From Anaeramoeba ignava BMAN (Eukaryota; Protista; Anaeramoebae): a stretch of 64,000 bases of DNA. Made by a program: the position numbers and the translations under genes. Shown one piece after another: positions 49,201 to 60,140 of this stretch. The stretch lies in contig JAPDFW010000010.1 in NCBI GenBank assembly GCA_028826165.1, positions 23,076 to 87,075 on the forward strand. Reading direction: 5' to 3'. Every line of letters starts with the position of its first letter. The stretch's first letter is position 1. Under the pieces are notes generated by a model. That model did no database searches. It saw only the letters and a list, made by a program, of their open reading frames with translations, and was not told the DNA's origin.

Positions 49201-51602
49201 TTTTCATTTTGATTTACACTCATAATTTCAACATTATCATTTGGAAATAAAACAAATGATTTTCCATTTGATATCAAAGAATTTTCATTTGTTTCGTTTT
49301 TGATTTTTGCGTCTATAAAATCACCAATTTTAAATGGGATAATTTTGTTATTGCTGAATTTAAGAATAACAATTTCATCACGATGAATTGACATATCTTT
49401 AATCCCTGGATGAGGTTCATGCATAAATTCAAACAATTTATCTACAACAGTTTTGAGAAATTTCCAATGCATTCTCATAAACCTTGGATATTGACCAACA
49501 ACATACATAATATTACTTGCAATAACAGCTTTATTATCTTTGCCTGTTTTTTGTTCACAAAATCCAAGTAATTTCTTAAAAACAACAACCAAAAAAGTTT
49601 TTTCAATTTCCTCAGGCATTGAACCACTAATTGAACCAATTGCCCAACAAACTTTGTTTAATTTACTCCATGAGAAATTGGTTGCTATAATTTGTGCAAT
49701 TAATTGATCTAGCATAACATCTTGCATATCTTGGTAATTTAAATGGGTTAATAAAACCATTGTTTTCCTCATCAATTCATAAATTTCTATTGTATCATTA
49801 TCTCTTACATATTCTCGAGTTAATTCTCCATTTTCATCTTCCACAATCAAAACCTCCTCAGGTTTAACCATATTTTCAATCATAATATATCTAACTTTGG
49901 CAAGAACTTCTTCGTATTTCTGAACTCTTGGTGATCGTGTTTGTGAATTATTTGCAGAATATGTTTGATTTCCAATTCCAAGAACAGATGATCGTTGAGT
50001 AGAATTGTATATCATATTTTCATTGACTAAATCACTTGCAAATGAATTCCAAAAATCCAAACAAATTTTGAATATTTCGATATCGGATATTCTTGACATC
50101 GAAACAACTAATTCCAAAGCTATAAATATTTTTTCATCACCAACTTCATTGGAATTTTCCAGTGTTTTCAGATGATTTTTTAAAAAGGTGCTTAAAAAGA
50201 CAACTAAAGTGTTTATTAGTGCTCTATCGTTATCTGTTCCATTTTCATAAATGATTCCAAGATCTGTTGTTGGTGGAATAAATACCAAAATTGGTTCAAG
50301 TGATAAATTGAATAAACTGACAAATTTATGTGCATAATTAGGAATGAATTCCAATAAAGAAATTTCAATTAAGCATTGTAAAGCATTTTGAGTTGTGTCT
50401 GGATTTGAAACGAACTATTTAAATATAAATAAAATATTTAAAATATTTAAAATATTTTTATTTTTATTTTTATTTACTTTATTGCAAAGCAATTCTATAA
50501 TTTCAGTTTCATAAACATAACCAAGAGGAATCCATTTTAAAAATTTTTCAAAAGTTGCAAGAGTTGTCTAAATAAAATAAAATAAAATAAATTAATAAAT
50601 AAATTATTAAATAATAAATAAATTACATTATTAAGTGATGTTTTTTCACTATTAATTAAAATATATTCGCATAATTTATATATTGAAGAAAAATCATTAT
50701 AAAGTGAATCTTTTAAATTTTGAGTTTTTTCACGAGTTAATTGACCTTCATTAAAATCAAAAATTTCTTCACTTAAAAGTTTAAATATCATCATTATATT
50801 TTCACAAACAGTTTCACTTGTTTGACTTGAGTTTATCATTTCTTGAACAAAAGAACTCCAATTTTGAGGCCATTCTTTTTTAGCAATCTTAATAAAAATT
50901 CATTTATAAAATTAAAATTCATTTGTAAAATTAAAATTCATTTATAAAATTAAAATTCATTTATAAAATTAAAATTAATATATAAAATAAAAATTCATTT
51001 AAATTAAAATTAAAATTCATTTATAAAATTAAAATTAAAATTATTTATAAAATTAATATTCATTTAAATTAAAATTAAAATTCATTTAAATTAAAATTAA
51101 AATTCATTTAAATTAAAATTAATATTCATTTATAAAATTAAAATTATTTACTTCAATAAGTGCTTCATTAAATTTTGTTAATAAAACTTTATTTGAATTC
51201 ATTTTTTCATCATCAGAACTTAAATCAAAAATCATTTTTAATATAAATTCTTTAATTGCTTGTTGATGTTGATTTGGAATTATAAGCCAATTAAATTTAA
51301 TTGTTTTTTCAAGTATTTGAACTGCAAGAAATTTGGTATTATCATTATTACTATATTCAATTATAACATCTACTCTTTTCCAAGAATCAGGATGATCTCT
51401 AAATTTTGTAAGAATTTCTTGTGCAAATTTTCTCTATTTTATTTTATTAAAAAATATTTTATTTTATTAATTTATTTTTTTTATTTTTTTTATTAATTTT
51501 TTTTACTTCTTCATTTGTTCCATAATAAAGTGCATTTACAACTTCATCTAATAATTCAACATTAAATGATTCTTCTGAAAAATTTAATAATTGTTCTGCC
51601 AT
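46296..51602 (-). CDS. XPO1: Exportin-1 (CRM1), intein-containing precursor of 1615 aa (1078 aa after splicing); exons 51602-51507, 51433-51152, 50887-50627, 50567-50478, 50414-46296
   Basis: IBN_N region HPDSW; KKEWPQNW; KLLSEEIFDF; WIPLGY; MVKPEEVLIVEDENGE; CWAIGSISG; LLGFCEQKTGKDNKAVIASNIMYVVGQYPRF; FEDYPEFR; DTFHKSGF; HLRDFLIQSKEF. All four introns are phase 0, GT-AG. Confidence 0.97.
47781..49391 (-). mobile_element. Intein (537 aa) with degenerate LAGLIDADG homing endonuclease, inserted in XPO1
   Basis: Interrupts HEPHPGIKDM|SCDTFLKI. Block A starts at Ser (SIHRDEIVIL); block B ATKNHSF; block F YVYDISV; block G IVHN/S. Endonuclease remnants FGFLIGIFISSG, FLSGLLTGYFYQN and SSSQNLSSIIQLILARFEI. 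Confidence 0.95.
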
Positions 51603-51719
51603 TTAAATTTTTTTTTTAAAATGAAAAAAAATGAAAAAAATGAAAAAATGAAAAAATGAAAAAAAATTTTTTTATTTTTTGAATTGTTTGGAAAAAAAAA
51701 TTAAGTTAAATTCTTATTT

Positions 51720-52512
51720 AAAATTAATTTAATTTGATTTAATTTGATTAATTTAATTTAATTTAATTTAATTTAATTTAATTTGATTTAATTTAATTTG
51801 ATTTAATTTGATTTAATTTGATTTAATTTGATTTAATTTAATTTAATTTCTTATTTAATTTGATTTAATTTGATTTAATTTAATTTGATTTAATTTAATT
51901 TAATTTAATTTAATTTGATTTAATTTAATTTAATTTTATTTGATTTAATTTAATTTGATTTGATTTTGATTTGATTTGATTTAATTTAATTTAATTTAAT
52001 TTAATTTAATTTAATTTAATTTAATTTAATTTAATTTAATTTAATTTAATTTAATTTGATTTAATTTAATTTAATTTAATTTAATTTGATTATTTGATTT
52101 AATTATTTGATTTAATTTAATTTGATTTGATTTGATTTTGATTTGATTTAAATTGATTTGATTTGATTTGATTTGATTTAAATTGATTTGATTTAATTTA
52201 ATTTAAATTGATTTGATTTGATTTAATTTGATTAATTTAATTTAATTTCTTATTTAATTAAATTTGATTTAATTTGATTTAATTTAATTTAATTTAATTT
52301 AATTTGATTTAATTTGATTTAATTTAATTTAATTTAATTTAATTTAATTTGATTTAATTTAAATTTAATTTAATTTAATTTAATTTAATTTAATTTAATT
52401 TAATTTAATTTAATTTGATTTAATTTAATTTAATTTAATTTGATTTAATTTAATTTAATTTAATTTAATTTAATTTAATTTAATTTAATTTGATTTAATT
52501 TAATTTGATTTA
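51720..52512. repeat. Intergenic (TTTAA/TTTGA)n pentamer satellite
   Basis: Seen directly, between the divergent XPO1 and NTPase-nuclease genes. Confidence 0.9.
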
Positions 52513-52605
52513 AAAATTTTGGAATCGGAAAAAGAGAAAAGAAAAAGTAAAAATAGATATTCATTTTTTTTTTTCATCATCTCAATTTTTATAAATAATT
52601 TGTTA

Positions 52606-54420
52606 ATGGATTCTGATCAAAATTTTAAAAAAATAGTGTTGAATTTACCATTTAATGAGCATCTAAAAAAAGAAAACACAAATGCTCTTATTCAAATTCC
52701 AACAGATATTTTTGGTCAAATACCCAAATTAATTGCGAAAGAATCAATAACAAACATTATTCCTTTTTTACTTCGTTCAGATGCCCAAGATATTATTCAA
52801 AGAATACAAACAAATAAGACTGAAGAAATATATTTGATTGGATCTTCTGGAGCTGGGAAATCTTATCTCCTTTTTTATATTGCAACTTTTTTTTATCATC
52901 AACCTGATTGGATTGTTTTATATCTTCCAAATCTTGCAGAATTAATTAAACAGGATTCCAGCAGAGTTTCACAAAAAATCATTCAAAAACTTTATTATTT
53001 ATACAAAGAGAAAATTTTCTCTCCAGAAAAAGGTTTAGAATATGATTCAAATTTTTGGGAAAAAGTATGGATTGATGAGAAAGATAAAAAAAATTATGAA
53101 GAAAAATGTGGACAATTATTAGGTGCTTTAATTGATGGAACGTTGAATAATTCTCGAATTTTGATTTGTGTTGATCAATGGAATGCTTTATTTCGAGAAA
53201 ATGAAGATCATATTCTGAATATCTTTAGAGGAACAATCTCAATTCCAAATGGATGTTTTTTAACTGCTTGCAGTTCCAGTTTTGATCCAATTGGTGATGT
53301 TGGTGAATCTGGAGATTTTGAAGCGATTCAATATAACATTAATATCTATAGTGATAAAGAACTTGAAATAATTATTCGAGAAAAAAAAAAAATCAATCAA
53401 CTTCCACAAGAAATCACATTCGAACAAATCCAAAATTTCACCGAAAATATTCCTCGTATCCTATTTTTTCTTTGTCATTCTTACAAAAATAGAAAACCTT
53501 CGGATAATTGGGAATATCAAGCAGGAAAAAAATCCATTTCATTTTATAGAAGTCGTCTTTTTCATATTTTAAAAAAAATTACCAATCTACAAAAGGAAGA
53601 AAACAACAAAAACTCAATTCGAATTCAAAGAGAAAACATTGGGCCAACTGCAATAGAATCAATTGTTTATGCATATTTGAATAATGATTCCATTCCTTTT
53701 TTTGATATTTGGGAAAATGCCGGAATTTTGATGAGAGATAAAAATCAATTTAAATTCACATCTCAATGGGCACAAAAAGCTATTCATTCGTTAATGAGCC
53801 CCAATATCATTTCCTACTTAGAAGTTCTTGCTCTTGATGAAGATACTCGTCCAAGGGCTTTTGAATTATTTGTCGCAAACACTTTCCAAAAAAAATCAAA
53901 GGAAGTTATTTTGAACACAACTGATCTATTCGGAAACAATCATCAACAACTCATAATCAAAACTAATAAATTTCTTTACCAAAACCCCACCAATATTTCT
54001 CACACAATTCAACCAGGTACTTTTATTGTTTGTTCTCGAGGTCATTCTGTTGTTGATTTCGTTGCTTTTTCCAAACAAGAACAACTTTTTTTGATTCAAT
54101 CCTCAATCTCTTCTTATTCAAATCATCCTTCAAAACTTCCAGATTTGTGGGAAAAAAGTGGGCCTGAAAATTCAACATCTGTCTTAGATTTTTATTTAGA
54201 GAAAACGGGATTGAAAAGACCCAAGTCAAAAAATTCAAAAAAATTAGGAACAAATCAATACTATATCTATATTACTTCAAATCCAAAATATATGAAGAAA
54301 AAATCTTCAAATACTTCTTTTCCCGTTCTACTTGTTAATAGACAATCTTTGAAATTCTTCAATGAAGATGAGTGGAACAAAATATCCAAATATTTTCCAA
54401 ATTGGGAAGGAAAGAAATAA
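52606..54420 (+). CDS. Crinkler-like P-loop NTPase + restriction-endonuclease-like (PD-(D/E)xK) protein, 604 aa, intronless
   Basis: Walker A IYLIGSSGAGKS; Walker B ILICVDQWN; NIPRIL. C-terminal RAFELFV...GHSVVDFVAF...LFLIQSSIS (E...D...Q-x-S). The first ATG is at 52606; the track's 52519 start is a TTG. Confidence 0.7.
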   Translation: MDSDQNFKKIVLNLPFNEHLKKENTNALIQIPTDIFGQIPKLIAKESITNIIPFLLRSDAQDIIQRIQTNKTEEIYLIGSSGAGKSYLLFYIATFFYHQPDWIVLYLPNLAELIKQDSSRVSQKIIQKLYYLYKEKIFSPEKGLEYDSNFWEKVWIDEKDKKNYEEKCGQLLGALIDGTLNNSRILICVDQWNALFRENEDHILNIFRGTISIPNGCFLTACSSSFDPIGDVGESGDFEAIQYNINIYSDKELEIIIREKKKINQLPQEITFEQIQNFTENIPRILFFLCHSYKNRKPSDNWEYQAGKKSISFYRSRLFHILKKITNLQKEENNKNSIRIQRENIGPTAIESIVYAYLNNDSIPFFDIWENAGILMRDKNQFKFTSQWAQKAIHSLMSPNIISYLEVLALDEDTRPRAFELFVANTFQKKSKEVILNTTDLFGNNHQQLIIKTNKFLYQNPTNISHTIQPGTFIVCSRGHSVVDFVAFSKQEQLFLIQSSISSYSNHPSKLPDLWEKSGPENSTSVLDFYLEKTGLKRPKSKNSKKLGTNQYYIYITSNPKYMKKKSSNTSFPVLLVNRQSLKFFNEDEWNKISKYFPNWEGKK

Positions 54421-54589
54421 TTCTTTTCATTTCTCTTCCTCACAAATTTATCAATTTAGATGAACAAAAAATGGAAGTTCATTCAACAATTTTTTCTTTT
54501 TTTCCATTTAATTCACTCAATAAAAAGATCAAAACAAAAACAATTATTTTCATTTTCTTTCTTTTTATAATTATAATATTTTATTTGTG

Positions 54590-55020
54590 AAGGAATTTGA
54601 AATGAAATAATTCCTAACTTAATCCACTTTTTCTCATTTCAAACAATCAACTAAATAAATATTAACTTCTTTTGTTTCTTTGATTATTTTCTGAGTGAAA
54701 ATATCACTTAGAAATCATTTATTTATCCTCCAAAATGTGTATCAAAATTGAATAACCAAGTTAAAAGATTATCTTCTTCTTGAGTTTATTTAATTGATAA
54801 TTTTTGAGGTTTTCTATCTTTTTTATCATTTTTTTTAATTCAGAAAAATAATGAATTTGATCATCAATCTATCCAAAATCATTTCTTTTATCTTCTTTTT
54901 TCCATTTTGATTTATCTAATATTGATCCAAATTAATTAAATCATCTAAAAATAAAATTATCTTTTGTTTTTATAATCACTAATATTTTTCTTGTCTTATC
55001 AGAAATATTCCATTTTTTAA
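54590..55020 (-). pseudogene. Decayed TLDc-domain gene fragment
   Basis: 54948-55000 (AAAATAAAATTATCTTTTGTTTTTATAATCACTAATATTTTTC) resembles 130-172 (AAAATAAAATTATCTTTTGTTTTGATAATAACTAATGTTTTTC, encoding KTLVIIKTKDNFIF). Neighbouring sequence also resembles TLDc but has stops and indels. Confidence 0.65.
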
Positions 55021-55182
55021 CAATTTATTTATTATTATTTTTTGATTTGATTTGATTTAATTTGATTTAATTAAATTCATTTCTTTTTTTAAAATAATAA
55101 AAACATAAAATTAAAAAGAGAAAAAAATGAAAAAATTAAATTTCATTTTTTCATTTTTTTCTTTTTTTATTTAAAATTAAAA

Positions 55183-56481
55183 ATGGAAGATGATTTTATT
55201 TCAATTATTAAAGAATCTGGATTAACAGAAATTGCAGAAGATTGTGATGTTTTAACAAATGGAAATTTAAATTTACAAACTAATATTGATTTAGAAAAAT
55301 CCTTTAAAAAGATTAAAAAAGAAAATTATATTGAAGAAATAACAGAAAATAAACCAATAAATTTTCAAGATATAAAAAGTATTTGTTTTTCCATTTGTAG
55401 TATAATTAGTGAAAACAAATTAATCAATTTAAAACAAGTAAATAATTTGTAATCCAAAAAAATGTATTTTTTTTTGTTATAATTTTTTATATTAATTTTT
55501 TTTTCCTCTTTAGCTTTTTGAATTAGTTTCAAAAAAAAATGAACAAAATAAGTTAGAAAATGAAGTAAATTTATAATTCGGAAAAAAATATATAAATTAA
55601 AATTCATTTATAAATTAAAATTCATTTATAAAATTAAAATTAAAATTAAAATTTAAATTCATTTATAAATTAAAATTCATTTATAAATTAAAATTAAAAT
55701 TAAAATTAAAATTAAAATTAAAATTAAAATTAAAATTAAAATTAAAATTAAAATTCATTTATAAATTAAAATTCATTTATAAATTAAAATTCATTTATAA
55801 ATTAAAATTAAAATTAAAATTCATTTATAAATTAAAATTCATTTATAAATTAAAATGAAAATTAAAATTTAAATTCATTTTGAAAATTAAAATTTAAATT
55901 CATTTTGAAAATTAAATTCATTTTGAAAATTAAAATCAAAAATCGGAAAAAAATTTATATTTAAATTATTCGAAAAGAAAAAACAAGAAATCCATTTTTA
56001 TGTTGCATTAGAAATATTAAAACAAGTAAAAATTATAGAAATGAATGAAAATGAAACATTTAATTTTCGAGGATTTCCAGAATTTCGACAAAATACATAT
56101 CATTTTTCAAAAGGAGAAGAACAATTTCACCGAAGCAATATTGCGAAGAAACTAGAATATCTAAAAGATTTAGTACTTGAAAAAATAACATATCAAAAAT
56201 ATTATGAGAAAATGGAAGAAAAAAAAATATCCAAAAATGAATCAGTTAAATTTCCATTTATTGTAATTAATTCGGATAAAAATTCGCGTGTTCAAATGAG
56301 AACAAATCCTGAAAAAACTGCTTCTTTATTTACTTTTTCAGAAAGATTTGAAATTCATAGTGATGTTGAAATTTTAGAAAAAATGGGGTTTTATCAAGAT
56401 ATTTCCCAAATTGAAGACAAAGAATTAAAGAGAACTATTCCTGAAAATTTGATTCCTTTAATTAGAATTGAAAAAAAATAA
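55183..56481 (+). CDS. TFDP: Divergent E2F dimerisation partner (DP/TFDP-like), 3 exons (55183-55437, 55514-55564, 55978-56481)
   Basis: DP C-terminal domain IAKKLEYLKDLV...VKFPFIVINSDK...LFTFSERFEIHSDVEILEKMGF. Winged-helix remnant FYVALEIL...FNFRGFP. Confidence 0.75.
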
Positions 56482-56554
56482 AAATTTAAAAATAAAAAAA
56501 AACACAAAAGAAAAAAATTTTTTTTGAATTTTTTTTTTCATTTTTTTTTTAACA

Positions 56555-58659
56555 ATGAATAATAATTGGATTGATTTAATTAATCAAAATAAACGGCAAG
56601 AAATTTTTTATTTGTTAATTAAAAATTATGGTTTTCCTAAAGAAATTAGAACTCAAGCTTGGTTAAAATTGATTAATTATCATCAAATTTCAAAAAATAA
56701 TATTTATGAAACTTTTATTTATCAAAAATCTGTTTATGCTTCTAAAATTCAAAAAGATTCTTGTAGAAGTTTTTCTTCTATGATTTTTCAAAAATTATTT
56801 CCAAAATCTGAAAATCTAAACCAATTCGAAAATCAAAATCAAAATCAATTTGAAAATCAAAATCAAAATCAAAATCAAAATGAAAATGAAAATGAAAATG
56901 AAAATCAAAATCAAAATCAAAATCAAAATGAAAATCAAAATCAAAATGAAAATCAAAATCAAAATCAAAATGAAAATGAAAATGAAAATGAAAATCAAAA
57001 TCAAAATGAAAATCAATTTGAAAATCAAAATCAAAATGAAAATCAAAATCAAAATCAAAACCAAAATCAAAACCAAAATCAAAATCAAAATCAAAATCAA
57101 AATCAAAATCAAAATCAAAATCAAAATCAAAATCAAAATCAAAATCAAAATCAAAATCAAAATCAAAATCAAAATCAAAATCAAAATCAAAATCAATTCA
57201 AAATCAAAATCAAAATCAAAATCAAAATCAAAAATCAAAATCAAAATCAAAATCAAAATCAAAATCAAAATCAAAATCAAAATCAAAATCAAAATCAAAA
57301 TCAAAATCAAAATCAAAATCAAAATCAAAATGAAAATGAAAATCAAAATGAAAATGAAAATGAAAATCAAAAATCAAAAATCAAAATCAAAATCAAAATC
57401 AAAATCAAAATCAAAGTGAAAATCAAAATCAAAATCAAAATCAAAATCAAAATCAAAATCAAAATCAAAATCAAAATCAAAATCAAAATCAAAATCAAAA
57501 TCAAAATCAAAATCAAAATCAAAATCAAAATCAAAATCAAAATCAAAATCAAAATCAAAATCAAAATCAAAATCAAAATCAAAATCAAAATCAAAATCAA
57601 AATCAAAATCTAAATGAAAATCAAAATCAAAATCAAAATCAAAATGAAAATCAAAATGAAAATCAAAATGAAAATCAAAATCAAAATCAAAATGAAAATC
57701 AAAATGAAAATCAAAATGAAAATCAAAATCAAAATGAAAATCAAAATCAAAATGAAAATCAAAATCAAAATCAAAATCAAAATCAAAATCAAAATCAAAA
57801 TCAAAATCAAAATCAAAATCAAAATCAAAATCAAAATCAAAATCAAAATCAAAGTGACGAAGATGATACAGAACAAAGAAAAATATTTCGATCAAGACCA
57901 CAAATTCTGAAAAGTTTAGAAAGAATCTTACTTTCATATTCAAATTACAACATTAACGTTGGATATTGCCAAGGGATGAATTATATAGTAGTAATGCTTT
58001 TATATCAATTAAAAATGGATAATTCACCTGAAGAACAAGCATTTTGGCTATTAGATTACTTAATAGATAGATGCTATTTTGTTGGATTTTATGATGAAAA
58101 AATTCCATTTCTTCCTTCATCAATTAATATTTTTGAAAAATTAGTATCAATTCATTTTCCTGAAATTCATTCTCAAATCACTGACTCAACCAGTGAAACA
58201 CTTTTCAATGGAATGTGTATGGAATGGTTCACAACTTGCTTTTCTTTAAATATTCATCCGGAAACAACACTTTTCATTTTGGATTTTCTTTTTTTAGGAG
58301 CACCAAATGTTCTTTTTTCTTTTTCATTATCTTTTATATCAAAATTTTCCGAAATTTTTTTCAAAAATCAAAATCAAAATCAAAATCAAAATTCTTATTC
58401 TTTTATTGAATCACTTAATTTGTTTAGATCTCAATATCGAAATTTTACTCCAAAAGATTTAATTCCTTTTTTCACTTCTTTTCATTCTAAAAAAAAATCT
58501 ATTCCTTTTATTGGATCAAAAGAATTTCAAAATTTGGATTATTTACATCAACTTAGTTCGAAATTTTATTCTGAAAAATATCAAAAATCAACAGAAAAAT
58601 GGAAGAAAATTTTAAAATCTGAAAAAGAAGAAAGAAAAAATTCTTGTTCTCTTTTTTAA
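56555..58659 (+). CDS. TBC-domain Rab GTPase-activating protein, interrupted by a ~1-kb NQ/NE repeat with frameshifts
   Basis: GFPKEIRTQAW; IQKDSCRSF (IxxDxxR); LERILLSY...VGYCQGMNYIVVMLL (YxQ); EEQAFWLL; WFTTCFS. Confidence 0.85.
56820..57853 (+). repeat. (AAAATC/AAAATG)n hexamer tract inside the TBC gene
   Basis: Seen directly. Encodes poly-NQ/NE in the gene's frame. Confidence 0.9.
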
Positions 58660-58689
58660 TTTAATTCAATTTAATTAAAAAAAAATATT

Positions 58690-60085
58690 TTAATAATAAT
58701 TATTTTCTCTTCTTTTTTTTTGATAAATTTTGTAACAAATTCGATATAAATGAATAATATATTTTAATTTAAGTTCTTTAAAAAATTCTGTTAATCTTTG
58801 AGATAATGCATAATCTGGAAAACTAAATATATTTTCTTTTTCTGGATCATTTTCAATTTTTAAATTTTCAATTCTTCTTAATATATTTTCTAATATATTT
58901 TTTAATATATTTGATTCTTCTTCAAAAAATTTAATTACTTCTTTTTTTTGTTGATATGAAAGATGTTGTTTGAATTTTGAATCAACTTTTTCACAAGGAT
59001 CAATAAAATATTTAAAAAGTGTTTTATATAAATCAATTAATTCATTCATTTTTATATTTGCAAAATTTGGGCATTCATCAATATAATCTTTAATAATTCC
59101 AAATAAAATGGAATGAATAAATTTTGGAATTTGATTTTCAATTTGTTTTCCAATTTTTTTTGTTGTAATAATTGTTTTAATATTAAGATTTTTCCATTTA
59201 TTAATTTCTTCTTCTTCTTTAAATTCTTTTTTTGATAAAAATTCTATCAGAATAACAAGATAATAAATAGAATTAGGTAATATTCTAAAGTGTTCTAATT
59301 CTTGAATAATATCTTTTCTTAATTTATAACTTAATTTATTTTGTTCAAAATTATTTTTTTCAAATTTATCTTTGATTTGTTTTAATTTTTCTTTTTCAAT
59401 TTTCATTCCTTTCTCTTCAAAATTTGTTGATTTAATTTGTAATTTTTGAAATTTTATATTTTTGAATTGATCTTGAATAAAATTTTCAATTAAATGAAGT
59501 GATGAAATTTCTTCAATTAAATTTTCTTGAATAAATGAATTAATTTCATTTTTTTTAATTTCTAAAATTTTTGGGAATTCTTGTTCATATATTAATTCAA
59601 TCTCCTTTTTATAAGAAATTTGAGAATTTGTTGATGGAAAATTTTGTTTTAATATTTTTATCATTTTGTTATATTTTTGAATAAAATATTCAAATATATT
59701 TAGAAATTCTTTAGTTTCATTAATTTCTTTTAATTTTGTTTGAGGTGAAATTAATATTAATTTTTCATTTGGTTTATATAAATAATATTGATTCCAAACA
59801 TAACAAAAATCTTCACAATAATATTCTTTAAATTTTGGTTGCTTACAAAATTCATCAAGTTTTGTTTCTGATAAATATATTTCTTTCTTGTTTCCATTTT
59901 CATTTTTATTTTTATTTTGATTTTCTTTTTCATTTTCATTTTCATTTTGATTTTCACTTTCATTTTCACTTTCATTTTGATTTTCATTTTCATTTTCATT
60001 TTCATTTTCATTTTCATTTTCATTTTCATTTTCATTTTCATTTTCACTTTCATTTTCATTTTCATTTTCATTTTCATTTTCATTT

Positions 60086-60140
<55 letters not shown>

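Noticed and set aside
47781-49391. XPO1 insert as a spliceosomal or self-splicing intron, or a hedgehog-type Hint domain
   Set aside because: It is a fully open in-frame insert with no GT-AG ends. It has both N- and C-terminal splicing motifs plus endonuclease remnants, and host sequence resumes exactly after HN.
51720-52512. (TTTAA/TTTGA)n as a telomeric or centromeric repeat
   Set aside because: It is internal, degenerate and has no G-rich telomere unit. It resembles other intergenic pentamer tracts such as 41590-42720.
52519-52605. N-terminal extension MESEKEKRK...FFFFIISIF of the 633-aa ORF as a signal or TM segment
   Set aside because: It starts at a TTG and spans T-rich promoter-like sequence containing TCATTTT. 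Homology with the paralog starts after the ATG at 52606.
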